A stretch of DNA of 62,216 nt, counting the filler, from Choristocarpus tenellus KU-1152 (taxonomy: Eukaryota > Protista > Phaeophyceae), in assembly GCA_964200185.2 (NCBI GenBank). It is 6 parts of 6 records of this genome, joined end to end, with 100 filler letters (N's around TTAATTAATTAA, not from the genome) between each part and the next. Parts side by side here need not be neighbours in the genome. Positions count along the whole stretch, not along the records: positions 52,125 to 56,715 come from CAXNAD020013878.1; positions 56,816 to 62,216 come from CAXNAD020010909.1; 4 more parts are not named here. One strand, given 5' to 3'. The position numbers were made by a program, and so were the translations under genes. This document shows positions 52,178 to 62,216 of the stretch, piece by piece. Each line of letters opens with the position of its first letter. Position 1 is the stretch's first letter. The notes beneath the pieces are model-generated. The model was given only the letters and a program-made list of their open reading frames with translations, was not told the origin of the DNA and did not search any database.

Positions 52178-55100
52178 CATGCCTGGATGGATGTGATGGT
52201 ATTTATAAAACTACCTCCTTCACTACCTAGTACCAGCAGGAGATAACTTGGTTCACTCCTTCTCTTCTCGAGTTCTCCATGAAGAAGGCTGAAAAGCTAA
52301 CCACCTCCAAAACATTACGGAAATGAACAGTTCCGAGATTGACTCCTAGTGGGTAAATTGGATCGATGCACAGAGGAATGGACTATGAACGACTGAACCT
52401 GGTTCTAGGCATTGCGCACCCTAAACTGACGTGCACTGTGTGATAGATTGAGACTGGGAATATGCTTTTAATGTATGTTTGACTAAGAGTAGTTTAGTAT
52501 TGGTAGAAATTATATTATTATTCTTAGTAGTAGCAATGGCAGTAGTATCAGTTTTGTATATTAATAATAGTATGTTAGGCGAGTATTGTCAAGGTAGCAA
52601 GCAATAAGAGTGAACGTTACAAAGCAAGCAAGAAGGTCAATGATCCTGCAAGGTAGGTTTAAGTGTTCGTAGTTGAATACGGCCCCTCTTGTGTATGGTG
52701 CGTAACTTTTTTTCTGGTTTCCATACATCATACAGCATACATACACACAAACTAGGGATGGCCAAGTCCCCTCCATCCTCCCCTGAACATAAGACAAACG
52801 ATGCGAATAATAATGAGCAAGCGTCAAAAACACAGCCATGCAGATTATAGATGCATTATCTACATACGTATTACATTTATTTCCAGTTGGTGTTTCAGTT
52901 GTGCGTGTGGAATGCACCACTATCCTTTTGAGGGATTTATAGCACATCACAGTAAATCCAACCATAGAGATTTTTCGTTTAATTCTAGGGTGATAGTGAA
53001 TCATGGCGATTCAAGTAATCAAAAACAAGAAGAAGCCAGATTGTAACCGACACATAAACAATCTTACCCAGTCGTTTTCTGGCCGTGGTATTTACAATGT
53101 GCTCTGGACACTCTTATGATTTTATTGTGTGTATTTCCTTTTGGTGCTCAGCATTGTGTCCATCACCTCTCGTCACCTGCATGCTCACTTCAGTTCAATC
53201 AAGCAGTCACTGAATAAAGTTTTTGGACTGATCTGCTTGTGTTATGTTCCAGAGTATATTGCTAATAAAATATTGACATAGTAATTACGTTCAGAAACTA
53301 TTTTGTCTCAAAGGAAACATTTATTTTTCTCGACTATTTGAAGAATTTTTTGCAAACCCAAAAGATCATGTGGTATGTAGTATGATGAATTAGTTTTCTA
53401 TTACTTGACAGAAAAACTGTTAACGATACTCCATTGAGTTGATACTTTATGCTCAGTGGATCTTAAAAGCATTTACGTTTGGGATCAACAATTTGATTAT
53501 CTAAAATAGTATTGTACATTTGCAGTCAGTTATACACACACTCAGTACATACTATTATCCACAACATTTGATAATAATGTATATAAGGGTTATTAATGTA
53601 TATAATGCATGGAAGTGCTGTAGTAATAGCGCTCCAACCAGGTGTGCCACAACAAACACTACACAGTTAAAACATGTAGTATTTTGTTTTTCCGACCTTC
53701 TCTGTTCAGCATCATCACCACTAAGCGTTTTCTTGAATGAAGAAAAACAAAATACCACATCAGGAAGACATTCCTTTCGTCTTTGCAGGGGACAACGGAG
53801 GAATAAAAGACTTGGAAGCCAGATTTTGTTGATGTGCTACGGTAACATGGTGGGTTGTTGGAAGATCCCCCTAAAAACTGAAATTTGGTACAACCTTGTG
53901 CATAAAAAAACCCTATTGAAATCGACGCTTAACTGACGAGGAAGTATTCCAGAGTACACGACAAGGAGTTGAGTGAACATTAACAATACGACACCACCCC
54001 ATGCTTTCTTCCAAGGGAATTCCTGTTTTTCAAAGGGGCATGAGTCCTCGCTAGTATGGAGCACAACATGTTGTGCTAGTATTACCTATGAAAGTAGACA
54101 CAACAAAAAATAAATAAATATGTGTATATAAATTAATAAATTGGCAGATGTAAGGTATTTTTCTTGGTTGTGCCCAGGCACCTTGCTCCTGTGATGAGAG
54201 GTAAGAACGTGTCACATATACTGCTACTGTGCCCATAGATAAGAAATGCAACTACACATCAAAAAGCACAGTTGCTCATAAAGCGAGGGGGTGTTTTTTA
54301 GGGGAAGGGAGGAAAGATGAATGGGGAGGCTAAGCCTTTCCCACTAGAAGGCACTATAGACATTGAAAAAAAATGATTTGGCCTACTACTCTCCTTGCGC
54401 ATGCTGGCCCGACACAAACCCCTCCCCTCTACTTCCACAACCGCCAGTAACACCATAGCAAATATCATCGATGCCATACAAAGCAGCCAACCAATAGGTT
54501 GGACTTAGATTAGAAAATAAATAAGCCCAACTCAACAGTTATGCAGGGCACTCTTTCCCGCACAACAATTACCCTCACTCTTTGTTTTTCATGAAATGAA
54601 AAGATCACACAACTGCTTAAAGTAGGCAGTGAGGTAAACGCTCTCCAACAGAGTCATCCTATACAATATCAAGTAGATTCCACATGTGTCCATCACAAAA
54701 AAACTCACCCCAAATCAGCCCACCATTTTCTCAACTATTTCCACACCGACAACAATACTAGTACTAGTGAGAGGCACCAGAATGGTCACCAAATCCTTCT
54801 TCCTCGGCAGATTTGTCTCCAAGGAGAAAAGCACCGAAAACATTCATTTTTTGCTACAAGTAGTGATGCTAAAAAGGCACAAATCAACCTTATTGAGAAG
54901 CAGAGAGAGGATAGAATGGGAGTGTGAGTCATCATAGAGGGCAACACATCTATGTCAATTGCATATCTTCATAATCCCTGTCCAATTCATCCCCCAGAGA
55001 TGTTAACACCAAACAAACAACTTAATACGTAGACTAAACAAAGCAACACCTCTACTTAAGACTCAAGGCCTAAAAATATATCTCTCCTGCACCCAAACCC

Positions 55101-56715
55101 TACCAAATTACACCTTTTCCTACTTAAGAGTATCAGAATAGTGTGCCCACCCACCCACCCAACCATCTACCCCTTCCCCCCCTTCCTACTCTCCTCTCAT
55201 GGCAATACATGTGAAGTCCAGCATTGAGAATGCAAAAAAACAAAAACCGTGGAATCTACAAAAAAATTACAGTTTCTCACTGGAACTGTGACCATCCAGA
55301 CCTCTACTCCAAAACCAGGCCTTGCTGTCTGATGTAGCCGCCCCTCCAGGCATCTTTTTTGGAGAGCCATGCACCGAGAGAGCACCGAGTCCCTACTCCA
55401 TCATTGCCTCGACTTCTCCTACACACAAAGACGACCACTTAATGAGGTACTTCCTCTTCTTTGTTACTTTTCCCCACAGCCAAGGATGCCACCCCTGCAG
55501 TGGTTGAACCCATAGCACCACCATCAAATACCCCCAACCCTTCCTCGAGACCATCGCACTCCCAGTAGTAGCACACTCCAGAAAGAACGCCCGCCAGAGT
55601 CCATGAAACCCAGTCAAGAATGCCTGCAGCAACCACCATATAAAGGTAGGGCCTTCCTGCTGATGCTATAGCCGTTGCAATTATGATCACCACAGCACTG
55701 GCGACCATCCTCACACAGGGTACTGCTGCAGCACGTGTGTACACTCCCCATACAGTGAACAAAATTGTCAAAGCAGCCAGAGGGGACACGCCTCCCCAAG
55801 ACTCATCTAACCCCACTGAAGCAGCACAGGTATGCCACCACGAGTCCCCCTCAAGGCCTACCAAGGAGACCCCCGCCCACAGCGGCAAGCACCCAGTCAC
55901 CAAAACACAGAGGATGGTAGAGATAACAAGCCCCAACCGCAGGCGTGTCACCTTTTGCGGCGAAGCACGGAGACCCAGGCACGATTGAAGAGGTGGTTCA
56001 CAACATTCCCATTCACCCTCAACACCGCCATCAGTCGCGCCTTTTTCAGTGCCCTTGCCTTGGCCCCTACCTCTGGTCCACCTCTGAACTCGACGCAGGG
56101 GAGTTTCAAAAGAGGTGCTTGTAGCGGCGTGAACATGGCAGAACGCCAACATGGCAAGTATCAAATGCCAGTTTATGATAACTCCCACAATCCACCAGGC
56201 CAACCCGCCACACGATCCCACAGGTTCGGCTCCACCCTGGCGCCCTGCTTCACTGTCGCCGTTGTGAACACCAAAACCTTGACCCCAACCTTCCAATTGG
56301 CCTCCCGTGCTCATCTCACCCGAGAAGGCATCACCATTGAGATTAAGGCCCCTCTCGATGGTGAGATGATGATCCCGGTACAGCGCACTCAACACCTGTG
56401 ACACGTGAGCAGGAACAAGGCACCACACCCCCGCTAAAAGGAGCCCATCACAAACCAGGCACAACGCCGGGCACAGCAGCTGACGGAACAGAGCAAGCAG
56501 TTCCCAATCTGCCCTAACCCCCCGCAAACCGTCCACACACCTGGCAATCCCCTTCTTTGGCAACGACTCAGACCAAACAGGACACTCCTCAGCTCTAGCC
56601 TGACCATCTGCCTGCTCGCGCACTCTTGCCCCCCCCACCCCGCCCACATGTCCGGGCCTCCCTTTATTGCCCCGCGCCACCACAAGTCCACTCCGGGCAC
56701 TCGTTTCCCCCGACC

Positions 56716-56815
56716 NNNNNNNNNNNNNNNNNNNNNNNNNNNNNNNNNNNNNNNNNNNNTTAATTAATTAANNNNNNNNNNNNNNNNNNNNNNNNNNNNN
56801 NNNNNNNNNNNNNNN
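56716..56815. other. Artificial contig linker
   Basis: N44-TTAATTAATTAA-N44. Confidence 0.97.
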
Positions 56816-56985
56816 CCCCCCCCCCAGATACTTTGGATCTGTTCCGGACACAACTTTTCAAAAAGTATACATTTTCCTACTCCAAAATGTTTCAGAGTAG
56901 CAAGAAGTCATGAAGAAAATGTGGGAAGCCAAGCCCCAAACGGACAAACAGGGCAAAACTCGTACCCTTTAAGATACTTTCACTC
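56816..56985. mobile_element. Long-type family-A terminus abutting half of a MITE A copy
   Basis: C-run+AGATACTTTGGATC runs to ~56839. It is followed by TGTTCCGGACAC...AAGATACTTTCACTC, the rc of the MITE left half. Confidence 0.8.
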
Positions 56986-57258
56986 AGATTAATTTCCTGT
57001 AATATACCCTTGACCATGAAGTAAGTGTTTTTGTCTGTGTGTGTGGAAGTGATTCAATGCTATCATCAGGAAATTGGATTAGCCAAGTAGGAAAATATCT
57101 CCCTTTATCCTGAAGTGAACCTTAGCATAGCGACAGGTCCAAAGATATCTATGGGGAACGTTGAGAATCAGTGGTGGAGGAAATCTAGCAGAAAACCCCT
57201 CTTTTCATGTTGCCCATTGACAGACAAGTACAAAAATGTGTAAAATCGGGTGTTGTCA

Positions 57259-57517
57259 GAGTAAGAATATCTTAGAGGGTACGAGTTTTGCCCTGTCTGT
57301 CCGTTTGGGGCTTGGCTTCCCACGGGTTTTTAATGACATTATCGCTACTCCAAAATGTTTCGAAGTAGGTAAAACGTGTATGTTTTGAAAAGGTGTGTCC
57401 GGAACAAGCATATTGACATTTCCTAACAAAGATGATAGCTAAAATTTCATCAAAATTGCAACATTGGATTTTGACCCCCAAATGGACGCGGCTCTACCCT
57501 CTAAGATACTTTGGCTC
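57259..57517. mobile_element. MITE family A, full copy
   Basis: GAGTAAGAATATCTTAGAGGGTA ... TACCCTCTAAGATACTTTGGCTC. Flanked by TCA/TCA. Confidence 0.9.
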
Positions 57518-58659
57518 TCAAATAAAGACTTGACTCCCGAAAAACACAGAACACATACAGAAGAGTCACGTAAGCATCCAGAATGGGGTACTGTCCACGA
57601 AGGACTCTCCCTTCTCCATAGACATATCCAGAAGAGTACTGTCCACCACTGTCCCTCTATCTAGACGCACTACCAATACATCTCTTACCCTATTGATCCT
57701 CGTTATATTTCTTTTCATTCTTCTAAATCGAATCGTGCTGCATCCATTCGCTGTGAGCTACTGTTGCTACCTGCTGCAAATTACGGGACATCTCCGACAT
57801 ACAGACTCTGCTCGCCTCCATCAAATGGGTGGTGTTCAGACAAAGTATTACCTGAATTAAATCTGACAAGTGCATAGTACAAGTCAAGTTGCACACTTTT
57901 CCTTGTCGGTACTTCACGGTATCACAGGCTGCCTACATTCTTGGGCGATGAGGTTGTATTGAGACAAGTGCCATACTCTCTTTTTTCCTTCTGAAAAAGT
58001 AACACTGCTCCTAGAATCGAGGCATCAAGAGTTTTGACTCATCACCATTTTGGGGGGGAAATAGCTGTACCACCTACAACAAGTTCCTACACGGCCATGA
58101 ATGAGGATGATGAGTGCATTGGGGTGGGTGGGAGCTTCATCGACTATTACAGTCACTTACGCACACTTCCACCCTCACCTAATGCTATCTTCATTTTTCC
58201 AATCTACAATAAACTATCACAAAGATTCGAGCCCTGACCCTAAATCAGTGTTTGTGAGTGGAACTCCAACAACAGTTAGAATCATCCTCCTATATAGCAG
58301 TTTTCATGTTAAGGATGTGTCTCAGTGAGTATTTGAAGTACGTTCCAACACTAGACCATCCACAGTGCAACGATATTTTACTATCAGATACTGTGCAGAT
58401 CGGCATATATGTAATGTGGGTACTTGCATGCTAAGAAACTGTTACTAGTAGACAGGCCAAGGGTCGACACTAGTTGGTGTTACAGAACTGTATCTATTAG
58501 TCACAGAGGGAGAGTCTATGTTTTAGCAATGTCCATGTTATCATCATCATTTCACTGAGCAAATATTCTTCATATTTCTCTTATTATATTCTGTTGTTTG
58601 AAGGATACCAGGTCAAGCTGCAGAATCTCTGCAGATCCAGGCATTAGATCAGACCTACA

Positions 58660-59480
58660 AAGAGACTGATAAGTTTGTTTAGCTTGGGGGAACCATCGTG
58701 GTCGTTGCCGTTATTTCTGTTGAGATCAGTCAGAGGATTCAGAAAGCTGGGAGTTATTTTGGCATATACGACCTTGTGCTTTATTTCAGGATATGGGCTG
58801 TCTCACTTGAGGATAAGATTTGCATGCTCAAGGCTGAAATGCGTTGTGTTCTGTTCGATGGTTGTATTATTTGGACACTCCACCAGAGTTAATCATCTGA
58901 ACTCCGTTCTCACCAACCATAAATTCCTCCTCCCCTACATATTCTCGTCCGGTCCTACATAACCCAAAACGGCAATATACCAATCTCGTCCGGTCCTACA
59001 AGATGCTCTTGTGAAGACTAGGTGTGAGAGGGTCGAAGCAATTGTGCACAAGCAGCGACATATATGCTGGGTCAGCTGCGTACATCGGTGATCCGCAACC
59101 TGCCAAGGTATTGGTGTTTGGGGTCCTTGCAGCTGGAGAACGGAAGCAAGGTGGACAGGAGAAGAACTGGTGGACATGCCTCCAAGATGACCTTGAAATG
59201 TTAGGGATTGAAGTTGAGGGTTGGGGTCCTTGGAGCTGGAGAACGGAAGCAAGGTGGACAAGAGAAGAACTGGTGGACATGCCTCCAAGATGGCCTTGAA
59301 ATGTTAGGGATTGAAGTTGAGGGTTGAAGCATGATGGCCACTAACCCACAGAAGTGGTATGACTGTGTGAACTGCGGGCACAAGGAGCTTCATCAGAGTT
59401 GCCTTCTATAGAAACCGTGATAGGTAATGTTCTTCGTACCAAAGCAACAGCTAAATTCGTTGAAGTCACACTCACCACCA
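58660..59480 (+). mobile_element. 3' fragment of an RTE-like non-LTR retrotransposon with an internal ~103-bp tandem duplication
   Basis: SLEDKICMLKAE..VLFDGCIIWTL and PAKVLVFGVLAAGERKQGGQEKNWWTCLQDDLEMLGI resemble the RTE-clade C-terminus. 59118-59222 is duplicated at 59221-59324. Confidence 0.75.
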
Positions 59481-59710
59481 CCAGCACTGTCTGCTGAATG
59501 TTGCTTTTCATATTCTCTTTTGTGTGTGTGTGTACTTGATCCATTTTTTCAATATTTTCTCTTTCTTATATTCGTATCCTTTCAGTATTTCTGGGAGATA
59601 GGGATTCTCTCTATCCTTCCACTTCTATTCTTCTTTTGTTTTCTTTGTTGTAGGGCTTTGTTTTATCCTCTTTGAGGTTCTTGTTGCCTTTTTTCAGGCA
59701 GTGCTGAGTG

Positions 59711-59880
59711 CGTGCTGTCTTGTTCGGACTACCTTTCTGACCACAGATGCCGGATCCCTCAAGCTACTGCGAATACAGTAAAAATAGACCCGTGGTCAAA
59801 CAGGTAGTGTAAAGAGGCACACATTAAATTGAGGGATCCCAGACCTGTGGTCCAAAAGGTAGTCCGAAGAGGGCAATACG
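59711..59880. mobile_element. 170-bp MITE (family B) with ~52-bp imperfect TIRs
   Basis: CGTGCTGTCTTGTTCGGACTACCTTTCTGACCACAGATGCCGGATCCCTCAA compared with the rc of the right end, CGTATTGCCCTCTTCGGACTACCTTTTGGACCACAGGTCTGGGATCCCTCAA. Confidence 0.75.
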
Positions 59881-60067
59881 AAGTATTTGAGTACTATCTA
59901 GGAGAAAAGGAGGAAAAAATAGTCATACAATGATGATGAAAAGGGTAAGAAAAGAGAAGAAGAAAGAAAGGAAACCCCCCCCATCAATTTGAGGCTACAT
60001 GAGAATGGGGTTACCCGTCAACCCACAACTTCAAAGTCACTCTCTAGAAGAAGAGACGATCTTGTGG

Positions 60068-60700
60068 TCATGTATTGGAGCAGTTATCCAGTAGATCCTT
60101 ACTGTTGACACCCTCAAGTTTGCAGTCGATTCGTTCTCTCTTTGACATATTGATCACTGCGTGGGCCAATGGGGGGTGCAATGGGGGCAGGCGGTGTGGG
60201 TTGGGTGATGTGATATGCTGGGCATTGGTGTGGGTGGTGGCTGGCCTGGTGGCAGTGGTGGCATGGGCGAGTTTTGTCCGTGAGTGCAATGCTGGGTGTC
60301 CCATCAGCTGAATCAGCCAGGTTGAGGTCGTTGATGTACATGGCTTGGATCTCAGAAATGAGGGACTCCGTGGTGAAGTCTGATTGGAAGTGAACTTGAC
60401 TCCGGATAATGTCGTAGTTAGAGGAGAGTCGTGAGATAAGGTGACGTACATGTGGAATTCTCTAATGCTCTGACCAAACCCTTCGAGTATAACCTTGGCC
60501 CTGGAACGAAGCAGCAGTCATTGCCCAGTGTCCTCCCTAAGATCCATGGTGCATTGCTCGAGGCGGCGATGTATAGCACCCTTCCATTCCTAGGTGGGAG
60601 TCTCGTACTTGCTTTTGAGCGCGTTCCAGGCAGATAATCCGTCTTTCAGGGTGGTCTCGTCCCGTTGCTGTAGTCCGTGGAGAAGATCTTCAGCCGGTCC
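60068..60700 (-). mobile_element. Degenerate LTR-retrotransposon gag/protease remnant (Ty3/Gypsy-like)
   Basis: Exact CX2CX4HX4C knuckle CHHCHQASHHPHQC, followed in another frame by protease-like IDCKLEGVNSKDLLDNCS. Confidence 0.6.
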
Positions 60701-61046
60701 TCAGTAGGTACCAAGTACAATACCCAAGAGCAGGTTATTTTCTTCTTCGTATGTGGCGGTGATGGTGCTGGTGGTGGATGATATATGGTGTCAGTAAGGG
60801 CAGTGTCAGTGTTGGTGATAGTGCGTGAACTGGTCAAAATGACAATGTGGTGGGCCCGTGGCGCTACACAGGTCATGATCCATACGAAACCCGTTTTGAA
60901 GGTGTCCCAGACAGATGCATCGCCCAGGAGGTTGAAGGTGCTTTCATTGCTGATATTACGTGCGGGACAACGGCACTGGGCGTGGGGTAGAGGTAGGGGG
61001 GTAGTACAGGATGAGGTCGCTTGAGTCCGTCAAGAGCCTCAAGACC

Positions 61047-62216
61047 TGTTGAAACCTTGAATTAACTATTGTTGTTTCTGGTGAAGTGCTTTATGTAGAG
61101 ATTTGAAGACTTGAACGTGAAGAGGAGACATAGTGCACTGAAGCACTGGTGAATTCATTGTGATGAATCTCGTGATATGTTCTGCATTGATGCAGGTTGA
61201 ATACTGTGGCGTGATGTGCTTGTTCCTTAAGTGCGTTCAAAAGGAAGTGATACATGTTCTGCGTTGAGATTTGTTTTTTTCCTTGTGAAGGAAATTGTGG
61301 ATTTATTAACTGTACATATTTTATATCATGGTGTGTAGTGGTACACTTACGGAGAGTTAAAATTTGTAGTGTAAGTGGGGCAATGGTAATCAAAGAAAAA
61401 AAAAGTATATATATATATTGTAATGGGACCTGGTTCTGTGCGATGGAGGGTAATCAGAAAACCACCTGTGATGAGGTTCAGAAAGGAAGTGAAATATGAG
61501 ACTGAGGCATGCTGGGTGTATGTTGACAACCTCAGAGTGCCATGTGGATAATCTTCAATGTGATTGGTTGTGACCAGCCAGAAGAGAAAACACAATCTCG
61601 GGCTTTGCTGGTTTGAATCCACCGTTCATGTCGGGGATACCGCGTGCCAGTCGTGCGTCTGACCCACAACACATCAATTCCCCTCACTTCAATTGGAAAA
61701 GCTGGCGTACGCAAATGTATATGACCGCGCGTATTGTCCTCATCAATGTCGGAGACCTGTCCCTGACAATATAAATAACTATTTTGTACAATAGAAAAAA
61801 AATAAAACTACATCTAATTCTCACGCAACGGGTGTTGGGAACTTAAATACTTTGCGTTTGTATGTTGAAGAATATTTGCTAACTCCAGGAATCAACTGTC
61901 CTATCTTTACATTGACTGTAACAGTAAGTCAAGCGCACGTACCACGTAGGCGGTACATGTGTGATCTACCTGCTTACACACTGAGCGACCTGTACTAGTG
62001 GGTCAATCAACAGCCAGCACTGCTTGGTAGGACTGTAGTGTTACAGGTGAATAGCGTGAGCATTTCTTCTTGTATTTCAACGAAGTGCAAGCGTTTGTTA
62101 CACGCGAATAGCGCGAGCATTTTATTTTTATGTTTCAGGAAATACGAACATTTGTAACAGACGTAGAGTGTAAGGATTATTTCTTGCGTTCTGACAAGTA
62201 CGAACAATATACGATA
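61047..62216. repeat. LTR-like dispersed repeat, copy 3 (probably interrupted and runs off the window)
   Basis: Starts TGTTGAAACCTTGAATT. CATAGTGCACTGAAGCAC..GTGATGAATCT and GCGGTAC..GTGTGATCTA..GCGACC.GTACTAGTGGG match copy 2. Confidence 0.6.

Noticed and set aside
19809-56815. Recurrent palindromic TTAATTAATTAA flanked by N runs, as a biological repeat
   Set aside because: It is an identical 100-bp artificial joiner with six-frame stops, so an assembly artefact.

Overview
This is intron-rich eukaryotic nuclear DNA, not prokaryotic. An ochrophyte, probably a brown alga or close relative, is inferred from the bipartite signal+Phe plastid presequences and the many short GT-AG exons. The window is six contigs joined by five artificial 100-bp linkers (N44-TTAATTAATTAA-N44), so adjacency across linkers is unproven. 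I rebuilt five host genes by hand from splice sites, and the phases are consistent: (1) a two-exon YSKWD-motif protein with Cys/Gly repeats, (2) PIG-L with a probable GC-AG intron, (3) a plastid-targeted Ycf23/DUF561, (4) the 5' part of mitochondrial pyruvate dehydrogenase E1 alpha, and (5) a complete 16-exon three-domain IspG/HDS. The rest is mostly transposon material: an internally deleted pogo-like element, Copia, Gypsy, RTE-LINE and Penelope-like remnants, and LTR-like repeats. The strongest candidate for an undescribed system is a DNA-transposon family. It comprises ~260-bp MITEs with GAG/GAC termini and variable 3-bp TSDs, longer poly-G-bearing TIR ends at contig breaks, and an intron-containing DDD-type transposase with a VGHTHxxIDQxFS motif that may be the autonomous partner.
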